From Thermoplasmata archaeon (GTDB lineage Archaea > Thermoplasmatota > Thermoplasmata > Lutacidiplasmatales > UBA184): DNA of 64,000 bases. The stretch lies in the NCBI GenBank assembly GCA_028864975.1, contig JAGWLG010000011.1, positions 1 to 64,000 on the forward strand, in the 5' to 3' direction. The translations under genes were made by a program, and so were the position numbers. The notes below the pieces were generated by a model. It had not been told where the DNA came from. It saw only the letters and a program-made list of their open reading frames with translations, and ran no database searches. Positions 28,350 to 37,714 of the stretch are shown piece after piece (within the stretch, counting starts at the first letter, position 1; each line of letters starts with the position of its first letter).

Positions 28350-29144
28350 ATGGCCCTCCCGGAGGCGCACGAGCGCATGGTGGACCTCGAAGGTTCTCCG
28401 GTCCACCTGTGGGAAGGCGGCGAGGGGCCTCCGCTGGTCTTCTTCCACGGGGCAGGGAGCATCGGTCAAGGCTGGGTCGGAGCGTTCCCCCTCCTCGCCC
28501 AGCATCATCGGGTGATCCTGCCCGACCTCCCGGGGTTCGGGCTCTCACCCGACAATCCACGCCTGAAGAACTTCCGCGACCTCGGAGCGGCGCTCATCGA
28601 GCTCCTGAGGTCCGAGGGGCGCGGCCGCGTTGACCTGATGGGGAACTCGATGGGGGGCGGTATCGCCGCCGGCATCGCCCTCGAGCACCCCGAGCTCGTC
28701 CGCGGGCTGGTCCTTGCGGCACCTGGGGGATTGCATGAGAACGAGAACATGCACGCGGAGGCGGCGCGCGTCGTCCCGGGGGAGGTCAATCAGTGGCTCT
28801 TCTATCGCCCTGAGAGGGGCAGGGAGAGCTTCCCGACCCTCTCCCCGGAAGAGGTTCGAACGCGCTGGAGGTCGACCCGGCAGGCTCTGGGGCGTTGGGT
28901 GCAGCAGGGCTTCGTGAAACTGGACTACCCGAAGCTCAAGGTCCCGACGTTGATCGTCTGGGGTAGGCAGGACCGCATCCTCCCGAGCCAATGGGCGATC
29001 GAGCTTTCCGAGCGCATCCCCGGTAGTCGTGCTGTGGTCTTGGAGGAGTGTGGGCACATTCCTCAACTGGAGCTTCCCGGGGAGTTCACCCAGATCGTCG
29101 AGGGCTTCCTTTCCACGCTTCCCTCGACGAACGGGCAGAGCTAG
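28350..29144 (+). CDS. Alpha/beta-fold hydrolase
   Basis: HGAGS oxyanion motif, PDLPGFG, nucleophile GNSMGG, GRQD and GHIP. The real start is MALPE at 28350; the long track ORF's N-terminus is a shadow. Confidence 0.88.
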   Translation: MALPEAHERMVDLEGSPVHLWEGGEGPPLVFFHGAGSIGQGWVGAFPLLAQHHRVILPDLPGFGLSPDNPRLKNFRDLGAALIELLRSEGRGRVDLMGNSMGGGIAAGIALEHPELVRGLVLAAPGGLHENENMHAEAARVVPGEVNQWLFYRPERGRESFPTLSPEEVRTRWRSTRQALGRWVQQGFVKLDYPKLKVPTLIVWGRQDRILPSQWAIELSERIPGSRAVVLEECGHIPQLELPGEFTQIVEGFLSTLPSTNGQS

Positions 29145-29178
29145 GCGGCCCACTCGCCGCAGCGCGCAAGGAGGAGGG

Positions 29179-29928
29179 ATGCCAGCGAGAACAGGGGAGG
29201 GCGGGACGGTCCCACGGGCGCCTCCCGACTGGGTTGAGGAGGAGAAGGAACACCTCGAGAGGTTGCGTTCGCTCCCCACCCCCGTCAAGGTGGAACAGGG
29301 CTTGCACCCTCCCGAGCACGCCTGTGCGGCGTGCACGGCCGCGAGGGCCCTACGCGCCCTCTTCGAACGCGAGAAGGTCCCCATCCTTTGGGTCGAGGTC
29401 GCCCACGTCCTTCCCGGACAAGAGGGCGTGGCCGCACCGCCCCCCTGGCTACGCATCCTCCTCCCAGGAGAGGAGACCGGCCCGGTGCGGTTCTTGGGCC
29501 CGCCCCGCGGCGACCTGCTGGAAGGGCTGACGATGGTCCTGCGAAGCATCGTGGTCCCCGAGGACCCTCCCCCGCTTCTTCCAGGGTGGAAGGACCTCGC
29601 CGCCCGGAGCAACCGGCACCACCACCTCCGGGTCTTTGCAGCCGCCCGGAACGCGGACGCACCGCCGGTGATCAGGACGCTCGGGCGCTTCGTCCACCTC
29701 AAGCCGGAACGATGGGCGCTCGACGTCATCGACGTCGAGACGTTCCCCAGGGAGGCGCGCCGAAGGGCGGTCCGCCATCTCCCCACGGTGACCATCGACG
29801 ACTTCGCTCACTTCTACGGACCCCCCGACGAGGAGGAGCTCCTGGAAGCGGTCCGGCACGTGATGCCCTCCGGAGCGCTTCCGTACCTCGGGGTGAAGGG
29901 AGAGAGCCCCTTCGGCGGCGTACCGTAG
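29179..29928 (+). CDS. Protein-disulfide oxidoreductase (PDO)-like double thioredoxin fold with a single CxxC
   Basis: CAAC in domain 1, VRFLGPPRG linker, RHLPTVTID...FYGPPDEEELL cis-Pro region. GAGGAGG SD precedes ATG 29179. Confidence 0.7.
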   Translation: MPARTGEGGTVPRAPPDWVEEEKEHLERLRSLPTPVKVEQGLHPPEHACAACTAARALRALFEREKVPILWVEVAHVLPGQEGVAAPPPWLRILLPGEETGPVRFLGPPRGDLLEGLTMVLRSIVVPEDPPPLLPGWKDLAARSNRHHHLRVFAAARNADAPPVIRTLGRFVHLKPERWALDVIDVETFPREARRRAVRHLPTVTIDDFAHFYGPPDEEELLEAVRHVMPSGALPYLGVKGESPFGGVP

Positions 29929-29949
29929 ATTGAGGGGTGGTTTCCCCCC

Positions 29950-32541
29950 TCACGACCGCGCAACCTCGCCACCGGTCCGCGGCGCGCTGGCTGGGAGCGT
30001 CGCCAACCCCATGCGGGCAGGGGGAAGCGAGCGCCCGCGCCAGGCCTTGACGGGCTCGTACCAGCCGCCAGAGAGCAAGCCTGCCCCGACCCCGATCAGG
30101 AGGTCGCCCGGCGAGAGCGGAACGAAACGGAAGACCCCGGAAACCGCGGGGACGTAGAGGGCCGCGGCCAGCGCCATGACGACGGCGGCGATGGCGGTGC
30201 GGAGGTAGGGATTCCTCCTCCCTTGCAGAGTCCGAAGGCTCTCTGTCCGGGACCGGCTGACCAACATGAGTGCGAGGTTCGAAGAGACCAGGGCCACGAA
30301 GGCTGTCGTGCGCGCCACGTCCTCTGTGCGCCCTGACGCGAGCATCAAGAGGAAGAGGGCGGCGACCCCTGCGAGCGCGCTGAACCCCAAGGTCAGGCTC
30401 CAGCGAAGGGTGCCCCCGCCATAGAGCGAGGCCTTCGGGTCCCGGGGTGGTCGGTCCATCGTGTCCGGTTCCGGGGGCTCGGCCTCAAAGACGACCGTGA
30501 CGGTGGGGTCGATGATGAACTCCAAGAAGAGGATGTGCACCGGAAAGAGGACCAGCGGGAGACCGAGGAGCACCGGAAGGAACGCGATGCCGGCCAACGG
30601 GACGTGGACCGCAAGGAGGTACACGACGGCCTTTCGGAGGTTGTCGTAGATCGTCCGTCCTTCCCGGACAGCCCCGACGATGGCGGGAAAGCTGTCCGAG
30701 AGCAGCACGAGCGAGGCGGCCTCACGAGCCACGTCCGTACCTCGTTCGCCCATGGCGATCCCGACCGTGGAAGCTCGGAGGGCGGGAGCGTCGTTCACTC
30801 CGTCCCCGGTCATGGTGACGACCTCCCCCGCATGCTGGAGCGCTCTGACCACGGAGAGCTTTTGCTCGGGTCGAACCCGGGCACAGACGGACACATGCCC
30901 GAGCCGCGCTCCCAGTTCCTGCTCGCGGAGGAGCGCGATCTGGGGGCCCGTCAGCACCTCTGCGCCCAAGGGCAGCCCTGCTTGGCGTGCTATCGACCGA
31001 GCCGTGGTCGGATGGTCCCCGGTGATCATCAGCACCCGGATGCCCGCTCGGCGCAGCGCTCGGACCGCGCGCGGGACGTCCGGCCTCAGAGGGTCCCGCA
31101 GGCCCACGAGGCCCAGCAACTCGAATCGAAGGCCCTCATCGGACCCTGGGAGGGGTCCCCCGGAGGGAAGCGTTGCCCGCGCGACCGCCAGCACCCGAAG
31201 ACCCTCCCCTCCCATCCGGCCTACCTCGGCGAGGACTCTCTGCGTCTCGCTGTCCGAGAGATGGCAGAGCTCCGAGATCGATTCCGGGGCGCCCTTGGCG
31301 GCCACCAAGAACCCGTCGCCCCCTCCGGTCAGCCAGACATGTGTGACCCAGAGGTGGTCCGAGCGGAGGGGATAGCTGCGTAGATGTCGCGGCTCAGGCG
31401 AGCGTTCGGGAGATCCGAGGTCGCGCTCGGACCTCAACAGGGCTTTCTCCATCGGGTCGACCGGGTCCGGGTCGCACGCCAGCGCCGCGATGCGGACTAC
31501 CCTGGCACCCTCGACATTTCGGACCTGGGGCCCCCAGGCGACGGGAAGTTCTCCGAGGGGCTCGACAACCTCGAGCCGCATGCGGTTCTCGGTCAGGGTC
31601 CCCGTCTTGTCCACGCAGAGGACCGTGGTCGAGCCTAGCCCCTCGATCGCCTCGAAGCGACGGGTGAGGACCCCTGCGCGCGAGATGCGCCACGCTCCCA
31701 GGGCCAGGAAGATCGTCAGCATAATCGGGATCTCCTCGGGGATGAGGGCCATGGCCAGGGTCACACCGGCCAGGAGTCCCTGGACCCAGGAGGAGAATCG
31801 CAGGTCGGAGAGCGCCGCGACCGAGACGATGGTGATGAGGGCCGCCACCCCCAGCCCCCGGACGAGGTGCCGGCTGTCCTGTTGCAGCCGTGTCGGCTCT
31901 GGTCGGAGCGTGCTGAGGCGTTCTCCGATCTTGCCGAACTCGGTCCGAGGTCCTGTGGCCACGACCTCCGCAACTCCGGAGCCTCGGACGACGAGCGTGT
32001 TCGCAAAGAGCTGGGGGCGGGCGCCCCCGCTCATCCCACCGGGTTCCTTCGGGACGGGGATAGATTCCCCGGTGAGCAGGGACTCGTCGGCTTCGAGGTG
32101 GTCACCCTCCACCAGAAGGACATCCGCGGGCACCCGTTCTCCCTCGTTCAGGAGGACTCGGTCCCCCCGCACGACCTCGCGGCAGGGGATGCGACGTCGT
32201 TGGCCTTCCCGGAGCACCTGCGCCCACGGGTCGGCCATGCGACGCAGGCTCTCGAGCGCACGCTCGGTCTTGCGCTCCTGATGGATCGTCACGCCCACAA
32301 TGATCGCGATGGAGGCGAGGAGGACTGCCGCGTCCCGCGGCTCTCCGAGGAACAGGTAGACCATCCCCGCGACCAGGAGAAGGGCGATCATCGGCTCGCT
32401 CACGACCTCCCACGCGAGGGACCACGCCCCGTGGTCGCGAGCCGTCGTGACCTCGTTCGGGCCCTCCTCGGAAAGGCGGCGAGCGGCCTCGGCCTCGGTC
32501 AGGCCAAGGGGCCCCGTCGACCCCGAGCTCGTGCCCGCCAT
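29950..32541 (-). CDS. Cation-transporting P-type ATPase (type II-like)
   Basis: LTGES, IPEEIP, DKTGTLTEN, KGAPE, DPLR, MITGDH and TGDGVNDAPAL motifs. AAGGAG SD precedes ATG 32541. Confidence 0.93.
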   Translation of the reverse strand: MAGTSSGSTGPLGLTEAEAARRLSEEGPNEVTTARDHGAWSLAWEVVSEPMIALLLVAGMVYLFLGEPRDAAVLLASIAIIVGVTIHQERKTERALESLRRMADPWAQVLREGQRRRIPCREVVRGDRVLLNEGERVPADVLLVEGDHLEADESLLTGESIPVPKEPGGMSGGARPQLFANTLVVRGSGVAEVVATGPRTEFGKIGERLSTLRPEPTRLQQDSRHLVRGLGVAALITIVSVAALSDLRFSSWVQGLLAGVTLAMALIPEEIPIMLTIFLALGAWRISRAGVLTRRFEAIEGLGSTTVLCVDKTGTLTENRMRLEVVEPLGELPVAWGPQVRNVEGARVVRIAALACDPDPVDPMEKALLRSERDLGSPERSPEPRHLRSYPLRSDHLWVTHVWLTGGGDGFLVAAKGAPESISELCHLSDSETQRVLAEVGRMGGEGLRVLAVARATLPSGGPLPGSDEGLRFELLGLVGLRDPLRPDVPRAVRALRRAGIRVLMITGDHPTTARSIARQAGLPLGAEVLTGPQIALLREQELGARLGHVSVCARVRPEQKLSVVRALQHAGEVVTMTGDGVNDAPALRASTVGIAMGERGTDVAREAASLVLLSDSFPAIVGAVREGRTIYDNLRKAVVYLLAVHVPLAGIAFLPVLLGLPLVLFPVHILFLEFIIDPTVTVVFEAEPPEPDTMDRPPRDPKASLYGGGTLRWSLTLGFSALAGVAALFLLMLASGRTEDVARTTAFVALVSSNLALMLVSRSRTESLRTLQGRRNPYLRTAIAAVVMALAAALYVPAVSGVFRFVPLSPGDLLIGVGAGLLSGGWYEPVKAWRGRSLPPARMGLATLPASAPRTGGEVARS

Positions 32542-32724
32542 GCTCCTTGCCGGCCGGGCCGGGGATGGCCCATGTCGTCGCGTCTCTCGAGCAGCAGGGG
32601 CCGCCGGTCGAAGCCGGGTATCTCTTCTTGGGTCCATGGGCCGATGAGGTTAGGGTCAATCGAGCTTCACTATGCTGTCGACAGCTCCGTAGGAGGCTTC
32701 GCGTTCTGCCGGAGTTCCCCGACG

Positions 32725-34584
32725 TCAGGCTTCGGGCTTGGTCTTGCGCCGCTGTTGAGAAGAGGCCCCCGCGGGAGGTACCCCTGGCGACGCCTCCACG
32801 GTGGCATCCCCCGAGGAGACCTTGCCATCCGCCGAGAACCTTCGAACGTGGCGGAGCATCGCCGACTCCCGTTTCCGTTCGGCCCGGTGGTACCCCTCGT
32901 CTCGGGTCCCCTGTGTCATCAGGATGACCACGCGCCCGGGGGCGCTCCTCCCCGTCCGCCCCTTCCGCTGGATGGTACGGATCTCGCTCGGAAGGGCTTC
33001 GAAGAAGACCACCAGGTCGACGTTGGGGATGTCGATCCCCTCCTCGGCGACCGAGCTCGCCACCAGGACGGGGAACCTCCCGGAGCGGAAGTCCTCGAGG
33101 ACCCGGGCCTGCTCCCTCTGGTCCATCCCCTTGTCCTCGTCCGACCGGGTGGCCTGCCCCACGAAGCGGCGCGCGACCACCCCTCGCTCGGCGAGCCCCT
33201 CGACGATCGAACGGACCGTGTCGCGGAACTGTGCGAAGACCAGGATCTTGGCGGCGGAGTTCTTTTCGAGCGTCTCCTGGACCACGGAGGCCAGCTCCGG
33301 GAGCTTCGGATGAGAAGCGCGGCCCTCGGGACCCAAGCTCACGCTTGCGGCCTCCCGGGACTTCGCGATCATCGGATGGGCGAGGAAGGCCTTGTCCGCC
33401 TTTCCGAGCTTGTCCTTCGCCGCAACGCGCTCGAAGTAGCCCAGGAGCGGGGCGACCCCCTGCGTCTCGAGAAGCTCTCCGGCGTGGTAGAAGTGCATGG
33501 CGAGCATCAATCGATAGAGGGCGCCGAACTTCCGCCCCATCGGGCCGGGGCGGGCCATGATCATCCCCCGCGTCGCGACGAGGTCCTTCACCCCGGTGAC
33601 CCGGAGGGGCTTGTTCCGCAGGAACCCCATCTTCTGGAGGCTGTGCATCGACTCGTTCGCCGCCTCGCGGAGCCCCTTGCGCAGCTCCTCGAGCTCGGGG
33701 GGGAGCCGAACCCTGACGTGTTCGGTCTCGACAGCCTGGACATAGGCCGCGACGTCCGGGTCCTCGCGCGTCCGTGCCTCCACGCGGGAGATGGCGAGCG
33801 CCCCCAGGACCTCGTCGATCTTCGTCCCCTTCCCACCTGGGGATGCGGTGAGGCCGAGGACTCGACGGTCCTCGGGGCGCTGCGTCCGGTAGATGGCGGC
33901 GATCTTCACGTAGGCGTAGTTCCCGACGGCCCGGTGCGCCTCGTCGAAGACGAGCAACGCGACGTCCCGCAGGGAGTACCGCCCCTCCACCAGATCATTG
34001 ACCACCAGCTGCGGCGTGGCGAAGACCGCCTGCGCAGGCTCCCAGGCCCCCTCCCGTTTCGGCGATCCTACCGTGCCAGTGAAGGTGGCCCGTGGGAGGG
34101 AGCGGAACCACCCCGCGAAGGAGCGGGCGTGCTGCTCCACCAACGGGCGGGTGGGAGCGAGGAACAGCACTTTCCCGCGGCGGCAACGCAGCCGCTCGGC
34201 CGCCGCCATCGCGGCGATCACGGTCTTCCCGAGCCCCGTGGGAAGAACCACCAGGACATCGGTCTCCAGCGCCATCCGTGTGATCGTGAGCTGGAAGGGG
34301 TAGGCCCGAACGCGGGAAGGTCGTAGCAAGGGATGGTCGACGAACTCGCTCGACGACTCTTGGAGGAGCATCCCCTCGGGCAGCGGCGGCTCGGGGGGAG
34401 GAAGGGCCGCGGCGGGCACGCCCACGGAAGGGTGCCCCGAGGGCTGCTCGCCTTCTTCCCCCCCGCCCACCAGAAAGTCGTCGAGGGTTCTCTGGGGCTT
34501 CGGCGCTACAGGGGAGGGAGGTCCGACGGGGGCGTCCGAGGAGGCCGCACCGGCCTTCTTCCCCGGGGCTCGCAGGCGCTCCAC
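32725..34584 (-). CDS. Hef/FANCM-type SF2 helicase, without the ERCC4 nuclease domain
   Basis: LPTGLGKT, LAPTRPLVEQH, FDEAHRAVGNYAY, GLTASPG, SVAEEGIDIP and QRKGRTGR motifs. Confidence 0.9.
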   Translation of the reverse strand: MERLRAPGKKAGAASSDAPVGPPSPVAPKPQRTLDDFLVGGGEEGEQPSGHPSVGVPAAALPPPEPPLPEGMLLQESSSEFVDHPLLRPSRVRAYPFQLTITRMALETDVLVVLPTGLGKTVIAAMAAAERLRCRRGKVLFLAPTRPLVEQHARSFAGWFRSLPRATFTGTVGSPKREGAWEPAQAVFATPQLVVNDLVEGRYSLRDVALLVFDEAHRAVGNYAYVKIAAIYRTQRPEDRRVLGLTASPGGKGTKIDEVLGALAISRVEARTREDPDVAAYVQAVETEHVRVRLPPELEELRKGLREAANESMHSLQKMGFLRNKPLRVTGVKDLVATRGMIMARPGPMGRKFGALYRLMLAMHFYHAGELLETQGVAPLLGYFERVAAKDKLGKADKAFLAHPMIAKSREAASVSLGPEGRASHPKLPELASVVQETLEKNSAAKILVFAQFRDTVRSIVEGLAERGVVARRFVGQATRSDEDKGMDQREQARVLEDFRSGRFPVLVASSVAEEGIDIPNVDLVVFFEALPSEIRTIQRKGRTGRSAPGRVVILMTQGTRDEGYHRAERKRESAMLRHVRRFSADGKVSSGDATVEASPGVPPAGASSQQRRKTKPEA

Positions 34585-34611
34585 CTCATCTGGCAGGAGA
34601 GAGCCTTGGGC

Positions 34612-35940
34612 CTATGAGGCGTCGCCAGTCGCGACCGTTTCGGCCTTCGGGCGGAGGGCAGGGGGCGCGATCCGCTCCACACCCCCCATGTAGGGGCGCA
34701 GGACCTCGGGGACCGTGACGGTCCCGTCCGCGTTCTGATAGTTCTCCAGGATGACCGCCATCGCCCGGGAGGTGGCGACCGCGGTCGAGTTCAGCGTGTG
34801 CGGCACGACCTTGCCGGGCTTCCCTCGCTTGCCCATCCGGATACCGAGCCGCCGGGCCTGGTAGTCCGTGCAGTTGGAACAGCTCACGACCTCGCGGTAC
34901 GCCCCCTGCTTGGCGAAGTACGCTTCGATATCGTACTTCTTCGCGGCCACGGTGCCGATGTCGCCCGTGCAGACGTTGACGACCCGGTAGGGCACGCGGA
35001 GCTTCTGGAAGATGTCCTCGGCGTTCGCGCGCAGCTCCTCGTGGATCCGATCGGAGTCCTCGGGCCGGCAAAAGACGAACTGCTCGACCTTCTGGAACTG
35101 GTGCACGCGGAAGACCCCCTTCTGGTCCACACCATGGCCGCCGATCTCCCTTCGGAAGCACGGGGTGGCGGCGGTGAGGCGGATAGGGAGGTCCTCTTCC
35201 TCGAGGAGGTCCCCCAGGTGCAGGGCCCCCAGGGGGTGCTCGGCCGTGGCGATGAGGTAGAGGTCGTCCCCCTCGATCTTGTACATCACGTTCTCGAAGT
35301 CGGAGAGGTCCGTGACCCCCTCGTAGGGGGCCCTCCTCAACATCAAGGGGGGCGCGACGAGTCGAAACCCCTTGGCCAGGATCAGATCGAGCGCGAAGCG
35401 CTGCAACGCGAGGTCGAGCTGGGCCAGTGCGCCCTCCAGGTAGAAGAAGCCGGCCCCGCTCGCACGCCGGGCACGGTCGAAGTCGGCGATGCCCAGCTTC
35501 TCCGCGAGCTCCCCGTGGGAGAGGAGCGGGAAGGAGGGTTTGGGGACCTCCCCCCAGGTCGCGACCGTCGCGTTGTCCCGGTCGTCCTTGCCGTACGGGA
35601 CGCTCGTCTCGAGCAGGTTCGGCACCCGCATGAGGGTCCGGTCGCGCGTCTCCTGGGAGGTCCTCTCCAGGCGCTCGACCTCGGTCAGCTTGTCGGGAAG
35701 ACCTTGGGCCTCTTCGCTCAGTTCCTTCGCGTCCTCCCCCTTCTTCCGAGCCTCCCCAAGGGCTCGGGAGAGCTCGTTGCGTCGCTTCCGAAGCCGGTCC
35801 CCCTCCTGGTGCAGACGCCGCCACTGGTTGTCGGCCGCCTGGACGGTCGCGAAGAGCTCCAGGTACTGGGGAACCTGCCGACGCCCCAGGTTCTCCTTGA
35901 CCTTCTCGGGCTCCCGGCGGACCAGGTCGAGGTCGATCAC
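34612..35940 (-). CDS. serS: Seryl-tRNA synthetase
   Basis: N-terminal coiled coil, LIATAEHPL, FRREIGGHG...FRVHQFQKVEQ, REVVSCSNCTDYQARR and HTLNST. Confidence 0.97.
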   Translation of the reverse strand: MIDLDLVRREPEKVKENLGRRQVPQYLELFATVQAADNQWRRLHQEGDRLRKRRNELSRALGEARKKGEDAKELSEEAQGLPDKLTEVERLERTSQETRDRTLMRVPNLLETSVPYGKDDRDNATVATWGEVPKPSFPLLSHGELAEKLGIADFDRARRASGAGFFYLEGALAQLDLALQRFALDLILAKGFRLVAPPLMLRRAPYEGVTDLSDFENVMYKIEGDDLYLIATAEHPLGALHLGDLLEEEDLPIRLTAATPCFRREIGGHGVDQKGVFRVHQFQKVEQFVFCRPEDSDRIHEELRANAEDIFQKLRVPYRVVNVCTGDIGTVAAKKYDIEAYFAKQGAYREVVSCSNCTDYQARRLGIRMGKRGKPGKVVPHTLNSTAVATSRAMAVILENYQNADGTVTVPEVLRPYMGGVERIAPPALRPKAETVATGDAS

Positions 35941-36080
35941 GGCGAGGGCTAGTCCGTCCCCCCCAAAGGCATTGCGAGAGACCCCTACGAGGCCCGGAGG
36001 AGTGGTTCGCTTTCCGACCCTCGAGGTTTCACGGAAGCATTTTACCCGACCTTCCCTCGAGGGGGCAGGAGCAGGAAGCC

Positions 36081-37583
36081 ATGGCGCTCGCGAAGACCGT
36101 CCCGAAGGTCGAGGAATACGGACTGTTCATTGACGGCAAGTGGGAGTCCCCCGGGGGGGCCTCGCGGTTCACGACGAGGAACCCTGCGACTGGAGAGGTT
36201 CTTGGGAGCTTCGTCTCGGCCACGGCCAAGGAGGTCGACCGGGCGGTCAGCGCCGCCGCGAAGGCCTTCCCGAAGTGGCGGGAGACGCCGGCCCCCAAGC
36301 GGGGACAGCTCCTCCTGCGGGTCGCCGAGATCTACCGGGAGCGCAAGGACGAGCTGGGCGAGACCGTGACGATGGAGATGGGCAAGATCCTCCCCGAAGG
36401 GAAGGGGGACGTCCAGGAGGCCATCGACTTCATCGAGTACATGAGCGGCGAGGGACGCCGCCTGCTCGGCGAAACGGTCCCCTCGGAGCTTCGCAACAAG
36501 TACTGCATGACCGTCCGACAGCCGAAGGGGGTCGTCGCGGCGATCACCCCGTGGAACTTCCCCACGGCCATCCCCAACTGGAAGATCGCGGCTGCGCTCA
36601 TCAGTGGGAACACCGTCGTTTTCAAGCCGGCATCGAACACCTCGCTCTGCGGCACGAAGGTCGTCAAGGCCTACGAGGATGCGGGGCTCCCTCCCGGGGT
36701 CCTGAACCTCGTGACGGGGGCGGGAGGGATCGTCGGGGACGCGCTCATCCGCGACCCCCGCGTCAAGGCCGTGAGCTTCACCGGCGGAACGGACACGGGG
36801 AAGCAGGTCTATCTCAAGGGCGCGGAGCACCTCAAGTACGTCCACCTCGAGCTGGGGGGCAAGAACCCTCAGATCGTCCTCAACGACGCGAACCTCGACC
36901 TCGCGCTTGACGGGGTCCTCTTCGGGGCCTTCGGCTCGAGCGGGCAACGCTGCACGGCGACGAGCCGTCTCATCATCCAGGAAGGCGTCTACGACAGGTT
37001 CCTCGGCATGCTCTTGGACCGGCTCAAGTCGTTCAAGGTCGGGAACCCGGTGGACAGGGGGGTGGACATGGGCCCGGTTGCCAGTGCGGACCAGGAGAAG
37101 AAGGTCCTCACCTACATCGACGTGGGACAGAAGGAGGGGGCGAAGCTCCGCGCGGGGGGCAAGAAGCTCACGGGAGGGGACTACGACAAGGGGTACTTCG
37201 TCGCGCCCACCGTCCTCGAGGCTAAGCACGGGATGAGGGTCACGAAGGAGGAGATCTTCGGCCCTGTCCTCTCGGTGATGAAGGTGAAGGACTTCGAGGA
37301 GGCGGTCCGGGTCGCGAACGACGTGGACTACGGGCTCTCCTCCTCGATCTACACGAAGGACGTGAACCTCTCGTTCCAGGCGATGGAGCGGCTCGAGGCG
37401 GGCATCACGTACATCAACGCCCCGACCATCGGGGCCGAGGTCCAGCTCCCGTTCGGAGGGATCAAGCAGACCGGCAACGGAGGTCGGGAGGCGGGGACCA
37501 CCGCCATCGACGAGTTCACCGAGATCAAGACGGTCTTCGTCGACTTCTCGAACAAGCTCCAGAAGGCGCAGATCGAGGGCTGA
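36081..37583 (+). CDS. NAD(P)-dependent aldehyde dehydrogenase
   Basis: ITPWNFP, FKPAS, FTGGT, LELGGKNP, GQRCTA (catalytic Cys) and EEIFGP. Confidence 0.95.
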   Translation: MALAKTVPKVEEYGLFIDGKWESPGGASRFTTRNPATGEVLGSFVSATAKEVDRAVSAAAKAFPKWRETPAPKRGQLLLRVAEIYRERKDELGETVTMEMGKILPEGKGDVQEAIDFIEYMSGEGRRLLGETVPSELRNKYCMTVRQPKGVVAAITPWNFPTAIPNWKIAAALISGNTVVFKPASNTSLCGTKVVKAYEDAGLPPGVLNLVTGAGGIVGDALIRDPRVKAVSFTGGTDTGKQVYLKGAEHLKYVHLELGGKNPQIVLNDANLDLALDGVLFGAFGSSGQRCTATSRLIIQEGVYDRFLGMLLDRLKSFKVGNPVDRGVDMGPVASADQEKKVLTYIDVGQKEGAKLRAGGKKLTGGDYDKGYFVAPTVLEAKHGMRVTKEEIFGPVLSVMKVKDFEEAVRVANDVDYGLSSSIYTKDVNLSFQAMERLEAGITYINAPTIGAEVQLPFGGIKQTGNGGREAGTTAIDEFTEIKTVFVDFSNKLQKAQIEG

Positions 37584-37714
37584 CCTCTCGGGCTGCCCGG
37601 GACCTCGACCCCCCCACCGGTGGGGTCATGCCCCGCCGTTCCGGATGTTTTGTGCATGGAGAGATGCAGCCTCCGAGTGAGAAAGGACCCCGGAAAGGAG
37701 CATAAGCAAGGAGA

